This document shows, piece after piece, positions 8,366-15,639 of a stretch of DNA of 35,336 nucleotides. Position numbers and translations under genes: made by a program. Every line of letters starts with the position of its first letter. Position 1 is the first letter of the stretch. The DNA is taken from IMG/VR virus record IMGVR_UViG_3300040771_000227; one strand, 5' to 3'. The stretch comes from a virus. A model generated the notes under the pieces. That model had not been told where the DNA came from. It searched no databases and saw only the letters and a list, made by a program, of their open reading frames with translations.

Positions 8366-8551
8366 TCATGAAGTTTTACTTCTTTTATATTTTGCATGTC
8401 TTATTAAAATTTTAAGTCTTTCGATTTCTTTTGATAATTTATAGTAACTTTCGACGCAAGCGACAAAAGGCAAAAGGTCCAAATATAAACGGCGCTGAAT
8501 AATTATTTCTTCAAGCGCCGTTTCTTGTTTTTTAGTCAACACTTTCTTCAA
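8366..8551 (-). CDS. Hypothetical protein
   Basis: 61-aa ORF whose start overlaps the 3' end of the upstream ATPase gene by 20 nt. No motif. Confidence 0.4.
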   Translation of the reverse strand: MKKVLTKKQETALEEIIIQRRLYLDLLPFVACVESYYKLSKEIERLKILIRHAKYKRSKTS

Positions 8552-9797
8552 TTTCTATTTTTAGGGCGCCAGCTTCGCGGTCCACAAGTTCAACAAATAG
8601 TTCGATTCCTTCAGCGCCGGACCATTTTTGGACTTTTTCGAAATTTTCTTTATCAATCAGTGAAGCGTCTATTTTTAGAATTTTAACTTCGTTAAGCAAA
8701 GAAGCGCCAATTTTTAAACCGGCTATTAATTGCGAAGCCGTATTTATTTGCGTTTTATCAAAAGGCAATCCATTAAAAAGGAAACATTCGTTTTCGACGT
8801 CATAAGATAATCCTTCAATTACGATCTTTTCAGAAATAATAAGCGCTTTTGCGTCCTTTTGCGCCTCAATTCCTTCGCTTGCTTCTTGAATACTGTTTTG
8901 TAGCTTTTCAATCGCTTCGTCGGCCTGTTTGAAAGCCTTAGCTTCATTTATACGCTTGTTAATTGATTCACTATTAACAAAAGCCGTTTCTTTTTCCTGA
9001 AGGCTAACGTTTGGAATTGGCTTGTTTTTTTCGTCGTCAAGCCAAGTATAACCGTCTTTAACTTCGGCTTCAATTGTCGCGACCTGAAGAAGCTTCGCTT
9101 CTATTTCGGATTTTAGCGTTTTAACAGTGATTTCACGCGTAGCGATTCCGTCCGTCACTTGTTGCCAAGAAGCCGACTTAATTCGTTCCGCTTCGGTTAG
9201 AACTGCGATTTCTTTGGCCAGCGCTACAACGTCGACAAGTTCTTTTTCGGCGTCTTCAGAATTAAAAAAACCGGTCAAGGTTTGAAATTCGACAAGCTTT
9301 TTCTTGTCAAATTTTCGGCTGTCAGTAAGTTCTTCAATTTGTTGGTTTTGTTCGCAAACATCGACGCCGGTAATTTTACAAAAATACTCAACTTGCTTCG
9401 CGTCCGACATTTTAAAAAAGTCGTTAACGTCAAAGTCAATAACGCCGATACGTTCGTTTAACCATGTTCTGGGCGCCTTTACAAACTTGTCTTTTTCGTC
9501 GACAGCGTTTAAGTTTTCGATTTCGAATTGTATCGGAGTTTTACCGACAGCCAATTTCGTTCGTACTATATAACCGTCAGAAAGTTCGACTTCAATAAGA
9601 CCTTTTTTGGCGCCTGTTGTCACCGGTTTCGGCGGTACGTTCTTACCGGTCAAAGCAAGCCAAACGGCGTCGATAAAAGACGTTTTTCCGCTAGCGTTTC
9701 GGCCTGTCAAATAGACGTCGTTTCCAAGAACTTCGCCTTCGTAAGATTTTAAACCTTTGAAATTCTGTATTTTAATTCTTTTAATTTGGGTTTCCAT
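8532..9797 (-). CDS. SMC/SbcC/RecF-like P-loop ATPase (AAA_23-type)
   Basis: The N-terminus IKIQNFKGLKS...LTGRNASGKTSFIDAVWLALTG is the SMC-type Walker A. It has a long central coiled-coil and a C-terminal hydrophobic-D Walker B-like ILKIDAS. Confidence 0.65.
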   Translation of the reverse strand: METQIKRIKIQNFKGLKSYEGEVLGNDVYLTGRNASGKTSFIDAVWLALTGKNVPPKPVTTGAKKGLIEVELSDGYIVRTKLAVGKTPIQFEIENLNAVDEKDKFVKAPRTWLNERIGVIDFDVNDFFKMSDAKQVEYFCKITGVDVCEQNQQIEELTDSRKFDKKKLVEFQTLTGFFNSEDAEKELVDVVALAKEIAVLTEAERIKSASWQQVTDGIATREITVKTLKSEIEAKLLQVATIEAEVKDGYTWLDDEKNKPIPNVSLQEKETAFVNSESINKRINEAKAFKQADEAIEKLQNSIQEASEGIEAQKDAKALIISEKIVIEGLSYDVENECFLFNGLPFDKTQINTASQLIAGLKIGASLLNEVKILKIDASLIDKENFEKVQKWSGAEGIELFVELVDREAGALKIEIEESVD

Positions 9798-9828
9798 GTT
9801 TTTTTTTTATTATTTACTTTTAATATAA

Positions 9829-9853
9829 AAGGCGCGCTTTAAAAACGCGCCTT
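9829..9853 (-). terminator. Hairpin terminator/attenuator between the SSB-like and ATPase genes
   Basis: 8-bp stem aaggcgcg/cgcgcctt with a 9-nt loop. On the minus strand it is followed by ttttatatt. Confidence 0.45.
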
Positions 9854-9871
9854 GGTTAAAAAATTAACTGA

Positions 9872-10537
9872 CTAAAACGGTAATTGCTTTTTAACGATTC
9901 CAACGCCGTCGATAGGATTGATTATAAAACCGGCCGGAATTGCGTCGCCAGCAACCCAATTTTCAGGCGTTACGATTTTGGCGTTCGTTTGCGCTGGCGC
10001 CGCGTTCGGATTTTCAGGGTTTCCGGCCAAGGCTTTTCCGATAAATGGATTTCCGCCGTTTACGAACAATTGCGTTAAGTCAACAGGATTTTCAGTATAG
10101 GCTTCAACAATTGCGTCAGAAACAGCGCTTGGAGGTTCCGGAGCCGTTATGTATTCCGTTTCCATTCCGGAACCTTTTCTTGTAATTACGACATCGTAGT
10201 TTTTAGGGTGGCCCCATGCTGGTTTTAAGGCTAAAGACATAAGCATAGCAATAACGCCGGCTTTATCTAGTTCGAAAACTTCGATTTTTTCGGTCTTGTA
10301 GTTCCAAACGATAAGGCCCCACGCATGCTTGACGCTGTCTTTTTGGCCTTCGCCTTTTTTCGGCGCTGGTTGGCCTTGGGTGAACGGGTGGCGCGTTGGT
10401 TTTCCGTCTAACCATTCCAGCCACATTAATACAGGCGAAGACAGAATTCTAAGCTTGTTGTCGCCCATCTCTAATTTAGTGAAACCGCCGGCGCTAGTTG
10501 GTTGTGAATAACCTTCAGGAATAAATGAATTTGACAT
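9872..10537 (-). CDS. Putative single-stranded DNA-binding protein
   Basis: 221 aa. The N-terminal ~150 aa has a pattern seen in phage SSBs (KLRILSSPV..W.., WGHPKNYDVVITRKGSGMETEYITAP). This is followed by a Pro/Asn/Ala/Gly-rich low-complexity linker and a terminal ...LPF, reminiscent of the bacterial SSB tip (DIPF). Recognised by eye only. Confidence 0.4.
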   Translation of the reverse strand: MSNSFIPEGYSQPTSAGGFTKLEMGDNKLRILSSPVLMWLEWLDGKPTRHPFTQGQPAPKKGEGQKDSVKHAWGLIVWNYKTEKIEVFELDKAGVIAMLMSLALKPAWGHPKNYDVVITRKGSGMETEYITAPEPPSAVSDAIVEAYTENPVDLTQLFVNGGNPFIGKALAGNPENPNAAPAQTNAKIVTPENWVAGDAIPAGFIINPIDGVGIVKKQLPF

Positions 10538-10569
10538 AATTTTAATATTTATTGATTAATTGTTAATTT

Positions 10570-10824
10570 TTAATTTGTTTCGTTTAATTGTTTTGCAAGG
10601 TCTTCAAGCTTTTCGGTCAAGTCTTTATCGGTCGATCTTAATTGCAATACATTAGCAATTAAGGACCTTTTTTTAACGGTATCGAGGGCCGGAAAAAGGT
10701 AAACTAAAAGCGAAGTAATTCCGCTTTTAGGAAGTGAAGCCTTGGCGTTAATAACGCGAATTTTAAGGCTGTCGTCGGCTGGAAGTCTTTTTTTTTCACT
10801 AGCCGTTTGTTTTTTTGGTCTCAT
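10570..10824 (-). CDS. Hypothetical early protein
   Basis: 84-aa ORF in the minus-strand early block. Basic N-terminus; no motif. Confidence 0.55.
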   Translation of the reverse strand: MRPKKQTASEKKRLPADDSLKIRVINAKASLPKSGITSLLVYLFPALDTVKKRSLIANVLQLRSTDKDLTEKLEDLAKQLNETN

Positions 10825-10849
10825 TTAGTTCATTTAAAATTTAGTGTTT

Positions 10850-11101
10850 TTATTTTGCGCAAAAGTTAACAGTAAGACCGCCGCGAAGTCTAATTATAGT
10901 TTTTATTTCGCCGGAATTAAAAGCGCGTTCGAAGTGACGGTTCGCCAATTCAGTAGGTTTTTTTGAATTTTCCAAAAGTACGGAATATTTTCCGGCGCCA
11001 ATTAAAGACGTTTTTTTATCGCCGTCAAATTTATAACGAATAACGAAATTTTTGTTCACTTCTTTTATTGTACTTTGGTCCATTATACTTGTATTGATCA
11101 T
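10850..11101 (-). CDS. Hypothetical early protein (start moved to Met35 of the track ORF)
   Basis: The ATG at 11101 (MINTSIMDQ...) lies about 30 nt downstream of a minus-strand TATCTTTG -7 box. The longer track ORF would run through both divergent promoters. Confidence 0.55.
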   Translation of the reverse strand: MINTSIMDQSTIKEVNKNFVIRYKFDGDKKTSLIGAGKYSVLLENSKKPTELANRHFERAFNSGEIKTIIRLRGGLTVNFCAK

Positions 11102-11131
11102 CTTAATAAACTTGTTTGTTGTTGTTGAGTG

Positions 11132-11139
11132 CAAAGATA
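11132..11139 (-). promoter_or_regulatory. Bacteroidota-type -7 promoter box (TATCTTTG, minus strand) for the leftward early block
   Basis: The reverse complement of caaagata matches TAnnTTTG. It sits in the divergent intergenic region, 30 nt upstream of the ATG at 11101. Confidence 0.5.
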
Positions 11140-11185
11140 TAAATATATTTGACATTTTAAAGTTTTTTTGCAATTTTTTTTTACA

Positions 11186-11193
11186 TATATTTG
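11186..11193 (+). promoter_or_regulatory. Bacteroidota-type -7 promoter box (TATATTTG) for the rightward replication block
   Basis: TATATTTG is 29 nt upstream of the ATG at 11223, with a TTTG at 11167..11170 upstream. The same octamer recurs at 14751, 21159 and 21621 in intergenic positions. Confidence 0.55.
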
Positions 11194-11222
11194 CAGTCAA
11201 CAAAACAAAACATTTATATAAT

Positions 11223-11420
11223 ATGGAAAATTTACTTTATTTCGGTCTATTTTGGATTTTGACCGGCGCCGGAAATTACTTGGTTTTTTTAATAGAATTA
11301 AAAGTAAAAGGCTTGAATTGTTCTAAAAAATTTAAAAGAAAATATTTTAAACTGTCTTTAGCGCTTGGATTTTCAGGCCTTATTTTGTCGGCTTACCTTT
11401 TAATTTTCCCTAAAAAATGA
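11223..11420 (+). CDS. Small two-pass membrane protein (hypothetical)
   Basis: 65 aa from the internal Met58 of track ORF 11052..11420. Two hydrophobic helices (LLYFGLFWILTGAGNYLVFLI; LSLALGFSGLILSAYLLIF). The stop overlaps the helicase start (ATGA). Confidence 0.5.
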   Translation: MENLLYFGLFWILTGAGNYLVFLIELKVKGLNCSKKFKRKYFKLSLALGFSGLILSAYLLIFPKK

Positions 11421-12901
11421 ATTTAAGACCGTACCAAAACGAAGCCAAAACGCAAATTCGCGCCAGCTTCACAAGTGGGAGTTTATCCGTTGTTCTTTGT
11501 TCGCCGACCGGTTCCGGTAAAACAGTGACTTTCGCCGATATAGCACGCGAAAGCGTCGATAATGGTTTTGTCGTAATGATTGCAGTCGACAGAACCGAAC
11601 TATTGGACCAAGCCAAGAAAAAGCTTATTGAATACGGCCTTAATCCGGCGGTTATTACGGCCGGTAAAACAATGAAACGAAACGCGTCTTGTTATGTCGC
11701 TACGGTACAAACATTGAAAAGGCGCGTTTTTCCTGAAATAAACCTTCTTATTATTGATGAATGTCACAAGCAAATATTCGATCCTGTAATAAAGATTTAC
11801 AAGGAAGCTGGCGTTTTTGTAATTGGCGCGACCGCGACACCGATCAGAACCGGAAAAATGACGCAATTAAGCGATATTTATGACGAAATAGTAGAAACGA
11901 TCACAATAGGCGACTTAATTCAAAAAGCTTTTTTAGTTCCAGCGGTGACATATTCCGTCAAAATGGACGCTTCGAAATTAGCTATAAAAGGGAACGAATA
12001 CGACAACAAGCAAATGTTCGACATGTTCGACAAAAAGAACCTTTATGACGGCGTAATTGAAAAATACAATCAATTCACACCGAATACTAAAGCGATTTGT
12101 TTCAATGTAAACGTCGAGCATTCCAAGAACGTAACGCGCGCCTTCAATGAAGCCGGAATTTCAGCGATTCATGTTGACGGGACAACACCGAAGAAGAACC
12201 GCGAAGACATTTTTAAGGCTTTTAAGGCTGGGCAATTTACAGTACTTTGTAATGTCGATATTGCGACGACAGGCTTCGACGAATGGACAATTGAAACGGT
12301 AATAGTTAACCGCGTGACGCTTTCGCTGTCTCTTTGGCTTCAAATGGGCGGACGAGGTTCGCGAATTACGCCTTCGGAACTTGTCGGCGTTTCCGGTTAT
12401 TTACAAAAGGAACATTTTAACCTTTTAGACATGGGCGGGAATGTTTACAAACTTGGCTTTTGGGAACAAGAACGAGTTTGGAATTTGTCGCACAAGACAA
12501 ACGATAAGGCCGGCGTTGCACCGGTCAAAGAATGTCCTGAAGAACGTTTTGACGAAAATCTAAAAAACGGCTGCGGCTGCATTATTCCAGCGCCGGCGCC
12601 AACTTGTAAATATTGCGGTTTTGTTTTTCCAAAAGAAGAAAAAAAATTTGCTGAAGGCGAATTTATAGAGGTTCAAAATTACAACCTTTTGCCGCCGGAA
12701 ATTGTCGGCCAAGCTTGGGGCGCGTTGTCCTTGGAACAGCTGGAACAAGTCAGAACTATAAAAGGTTATAAACTAGGCTGGATTATAAAACAAATTGCAA
12801 TTAATAAAGACTTAACGCTTTTGGAATACGCTAAGTTTAGAGACTTTAAGGCGCCGGCTATGTGGGTCGAAAGAATGGAAAAAATGTATAATTTAAACTA
12901 A
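11417..12901 (+). CDS. Superfamily 2 DNA helicase (DEAD/DEAH-box type) with C-terminal zinc ribbon
   Basis: LRPYQ (Q motif), CSPTGSGKT (motif I), LLIIDECH (motif II), GATATP (motif III), QMGGRGSR (motif VI). C-terminal Cys cluster CPEE...GCGC...CKYCG. Confidence 0.85.
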   Translation: MNLRPYQNEAKTQIRASFTSGSLSVVLCSPTGSGKTVTFADIARESVDNGFVVMIAVDRTELLDQAKKKLIEYGLNPAVITAGKTMKRNASCYVATVQTLKRRVFPEINLLIIDECHKQIFDPVIKIYKEAGVFVIGATATPIRTGKMTQLSDIYDEIVETITIGDLIQKAFLVPAVTYSVKMDASKLAIKGNEYDNKQMFDMFDKKNLYDGVIEKYNQFTPNTKAICFNVNVEHSKNVTRAFNEAGISAIHVDGTTPKKNREDIFKAFKAGQFTVLCNVDIATTGFDEWTIETVIVNRVTLSLSLWLQMGGRGSRITPSELVGVSGYLQKEHFNLLDMGGNVYKLGFWEQERVWNLSHKTNDKAGVAPVKECPEERFDENLKNGCGCIIPAPAPTCKYCGFVFPKEEKKFAEGEFIEVQNYNLLPPEIVGQAWGALSLEQLEQVRTIKGYKLGWIIKQIAINKDLTLLEYAKFRDFKAPAMWVERMEKMYNLN

Positions 12902-12908
12902 AATAAAA

Positions 12909-13223
12909 ATGAATAATATCGAAGTAGTTGACGCAATAGTTTGCGCCGGAACATGTGAAGCTTGCATTTGCCAGCCAGCCACAAAAGGAAAAAACGAAAT
13001 AATTGAGTTTTACGCTTCTTTTTATGCCACAAGTAAAGCAACTCAAACTTTTTGCTGTCTTGTTATAAAAGGAGTTGAAGAAGGTTCTTGGAACCGTCGC
13101 GAATGGTTCGCACTAAAGAACGCCAGCTTTGAAGAAGCGGGCCAAGGCAATAAAATAAAAGTTTCAGCGCCTTTGTGGTTATTGGAGCGAAAAGGAATTT
13201 TAAACTTAATAACTAAAATATAA
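12909..13223 (+). CDS. Hypothetical Cys-rich protein
   Basis: 104-aa ORF with CAGTCEACIC near the N-terminus. No recognised family. Confidence 0.5.
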   Translation: MNNIEVVDAIVCAGTCEACICQPATKGKNEIIEFYASFYATSKATQTFCCLVIKGVEEGSWNRREWFALKNASFEEAGQGNKIKVSAPLWLLERKGILNLITKI

Positions 13224-13227
13224 AAAC

Positions 13228-13968
13228 ATGAAAATATTAAACAATATAAAAATCGAAACCGTTCTTTTCTTGGATATTGAAACGGCCCCAAATTGGTTAA
13301 ATTTAGAAGACGCGCCGGCGTCAATTGCAAGCGAATGGATTTATAAATTCAAGTTCAGAAACGACGCGCCAGCGGAACCAAAAACCGGCGAAGCTATTCC
13401 GGTTTATTATTCTGAACTTTGGCAAAAAGAAGCCGGCCTTTTTCCTGAATTTTCGCGAATAGTTTGTATTTCGGCTGGATTCATGTACAAAGGTGATTTT
13501 TTACTACGATCTTACTTTGATCAAAACGAAGGCGCTCTTTTAACCAAATTTAAAGCGGACCTTGAAAGTTTTTGTATTGCGATTCCTTTGGCGAAGCTTT
13601 GCGCGCACTTTGGTAAAGGTTTTGATTTTCCGGTTATAGCTAAAAGAATGCTAATAAATAGAATAGTAATACCGAACATTTTAGACACGGCCGGCCTTAA
13701 ACCTTGGGAAAACTCAAACCTTGACACTCACGAAATTTGGAAACTTGGCGGAACAACTTCGGCCGGACTGCCAGCGATTTGCATGGCTTTTGGAATTGAT
13801 ACGCCAAAAAGCGACTTAAACGGTTCTTTAGTATCTAAAGCATTTGCTGAAGGTGAACTTCGCCGAATTGCTGACTATTGTGAAGAAGACGTTTTTGCTT
13901 TGCTGAATGTATTCAAAGCGTTCAGAATGGAAGAACCGGTAAGGCGTGAAAAATTAATTCAACACTAA
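13228..13968 (+). CDS. 3'-5' exonuclease, RNase H-like fold (PolB-exonuclease-related, DNA_pol_B_exo2-like)
   Basis: Exo I FLDIETAP, Exo II-like HFGKGFDFPVI, Exo III DYCEEDVFAL. Size and motif order fit stand-alone PolB-exo-like proteins. Confidence 0.65.
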   Translation: MKILNNIKIETVLFLDIETAPNWLNLEDAPASIASEWIYKFKFRNDAPAEPKTGEAIPVYYSELWQKEAGLFPEFSRIVCISAGFMYKGDFLLRSYFDQNEGALLTKFKADLESFCIAIPLAKLCAHFGKGFDFPVIAKRMLINRIVIPNILDTAGLKPWENSNLDTHEIWKLGGTTSAGLPAICMAFGIDTPKSDLNGSLVSKAFAEGELRRIADYCEEDVFALLNVFKAFRMEEPVRREKLIQH

Positions 13969-13973
13969 AAAAA

Positions 13974-14330
13974 ATGGAACCATTAAAACAAGCCGAAAAA
14001 AAGCCAATAAGCGTTTCGGATTTTATTTACCTTCAAGCTTTGGAATTCCAAGGCGAAAAAGGCGAACCGATATTTTTCGGCGAAATAAGCTTTTTTAAGG
14101 CAATAAAAAAAGGTAATTCGATAAAGGTATTCAAAACGCACCATAAAGCGCGCAAAATGGTTTTTTCTGGTAAATTAGAGACCGTAAAAGCTGACAAGAC
14201 AGTTTTACTTTCTTGTTTAAATTCTATTTTCGACAAGAAAAAGGCTTTTGAAGAACGAAAAACAGGCGCTTATTTTATTGAATCGTTTATTGTAGAAAAA
14301 TTTCTTGGTTATGGTTTTAAGTCAGAATAA
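13974..14330 (+). CDS. Hypothetical protein
   Basis: 118-aa ORF tightly packed in the operon. No motif. Confidence 0.55.
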   Translation: MEPLKQAEKKPISVSDFIYLQALEFQGEKGEPIFFGEISFFKAIKKGNSIKVFKTHHKARKMVFSGKLETVKADKTVLLSCLNSIFDKKKAFEERKTGAYFIESFIVEKFLGYGFKSE

Positions 14331-14703
14331 AAAGGACGCCGGCCGTTCCTGTTGTGCTATCGCTTGCAAAAATAAACCGGTCGCAAAATTGGCCGGTTTA
14401 TGTTATAAACATTATGAACGCAAAAGAAAAAAAACGGACCCGATAGGCGCACGGTTCCAACAGTTCAAAACGAACGCCAAAAAACGAAATATTGACTTTT
14501 CAGTTACAAGAAAAGAATTTCAAATGTTTTGCGAAAAGAACGGTTATTTGATCATAAAAGGCCGGCGCGGTCAAAACGCTACAATCGACCGGCTTTGCAA
14601 TATTCACGGATATCACATTTGGAACATGGGAATTAAAACCAACAGGCAAAACGCCAGCAAAGGGAACCGTTTCAGCGGCGAAAACTTCGACTGTCCTTTT
14701 TAG
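14305..14703 (+). CDS. HNH-family endonuclease-like / zinc-knuckle DNA-binding protein (putative)
   Basis: The N-terminal CCAIACKNKPVAKLAGLCYKHYERKRK resembles the Cys knuckle (C..C...A..GLC..HY.R) of phage HNH proteins. The C-terminal ATIDRLCNIHGYHIWNMGIKTNRQNASKG resembles the IDRI..GY..N......N..K core. Confidence 0.45.
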   Translation: MVMVLSQNKKDAGRSCCAIACKNKPVAKLAGLCYKHYERKRKKTDPIGARFQQFKTNAKKRNIDFSVTRKEFQMFCEKNGYLIIKGRRGQNATIDRLCNIHGYHIWNMGIKTNRQNASKGNRFSGENFDCPF

Positions 14704-14750
14704 TTTTTAAAAAAAAATTGCAAATTTATTTTAAAAGTCAAAAACTTTTA

Positions 14751-14758
14751 TATATTTG
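14751..14758 (+). promoter_or_regulatory. Bacteroidota-type -7 promoter box (TATATTTG)
   Basis: An exact TATATTTG in the 87-nt intergenic gap, 32 nt upstream of the ATG at 14791. TTGCAA lies upstream, as at the 11186 promoter. Confidence 0.5.
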
Positions 14759-14790
14759 CATAAGTATTAACAACAAAAAACAAGGAAAAA

Positions 14791-15042
14791 ATGGAAAATT
14801 CAAAAGAAATAAAAGAAATACTTTTAAAAGAAGCGACTGTAATTCAAGACTTTAAGCACGAAAAAACGTCAATAAACTACAAATTAATTCATCATATTGA
14901 CGCAAAAAACAACTTCGAACGTTACGAAATTCAAGCTTGGATTAACGGCGAATTTTATCAGCAGTCAGAAAGAAAGCTTCTTTCTTCAGCGACAGAAAAC
15001 TTCGAAAAAATAATTGTTTCAAGCGTTACGCCTTTTATATAA
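14791..15042 (+). CDS. Hypothetical protein
   Basis: 83-aa ORF bracketed by a promoter box and a hairpin. Confidence 0.55.
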   Translation: MENSKEIKEILLKEATVIQDFKHEKTSINYKLIHHIDAKNNFERYEIQAWINGEFYQQSERKLLSSATENFEKIIVSSVTPFI

Positions 15043-15054
15043 ATAATTTAATCC

Positions 15055-15070
15055 AGCGCCTTCGGGCGCT
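15055..15070 (+). terminator. Hairpin with UUCG tetraloop (weak terminator or RNA stability element)
   Basis: agcgcc-ttcg-ggcgct: a 6-bp GC-rich stem and only a short T tract (tt) downstream. Confidence 0.35.
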
Positions 15071-15172
15071 TTAAACCCTTAACAACATGAAAAAATTATT
15101 CTCAAAAATTTACGATTCTATTTCAAAATTTATTTTCGGCGGTACTAATTGCAATCCTAAAGGCTAAAAAAA

Positions 15173-15484
15173 ATGAAGAAATTTAGTTACGAAGATATTG
15201 ACGTAATCCTTCAGGACATCGTTAATGCAATAAAAGCAATTCAAAAAGAAAATAACGGCTTCGCCGAAACGCTAACTGTTTACATGCCGAATTATTTCAG
15301 AACGGTTTTAAACCTTTATTATCAGTCAAAAGCTAGTCCGCCAATTAGAAGATATATCGAATTTGGCGACGGGTCTAGCTTTTACGGCGTTAAAAACTTT
15401 TACCCTTCACCATTTAACCAAATCATAATTTCGGACCTAAAAGCGCCTCAATTTAATGAACTTACTAAAATAATTGAACTTTGA
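15173..15484 (+). CDS. Hypothetical protein
   Basis: 103-aa ORF. No motif. Confidence 0.55.
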   Translation: MKKFSYEDIDVILQDIVNAIKAIQKENNGFAETLTVYMPNYFRTVLNLYYQSKASPPIRRYIEFGDGSSFYGVKNFYPSPFNQIIISDLKAPQFNELTKIIEL

Positions 15485-15639
15485 AAAATAATAAAAGAAC
15501 CTACATTTTTAACGGCGTTAATTATCAATTGAAAGCAAAACTTACATTTTACGATAAAATAATGATCTTAACAGGCTTTATTTTTCTTTTTGGCCTGTGG
15601 GTTTCCGGCTTCTTGTTATTGGCTTTTGCGTTATGGTAA
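15481..15639 (+). CDS. Small membrane protein (52 aa, TTG start), not in the ORF track
   Basis: The TTG overlaps the upstream TGA (cTTGAaa). It translates to LKNNKRTYIFNGVNYQLKAKLTFYDKIMILTGFIFLFGLWVSGFLLLAFALW with one TM. Its TAA overlaps the next ATG (ATGGTAA). An internal ATG (MILTGF..., 25 aa) is an alternative start. Confidence 0.35.
   Translation: MKNNKRTYIFNGVNYQLKAKLTFYDKIMILTGFIFLFGLWVSGFLLLAFALW

Noticed and set aside
11052-11222. N-terminal extensions of track ORFs 11052..11420 (+) and 10850..11203 (-), which overlap each other
   Set aside because: The extensions run through the divergent promoter region that contains both -7 boxes. Internal ATGs at 11223 (+) and 11101 (-) lie at sensible distances downstream of those boxes.
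15597-15632. GTG start (MGFRLLVIGFCV...) for the primase-like gene
   Set aside because: These 12 codons overlap, in another frame, the TM micro-ORF that ends in ATGGTAA. The ATG at 15633 gives MVKFQFYPARV..., which fits coupled translation. This is not decisive.
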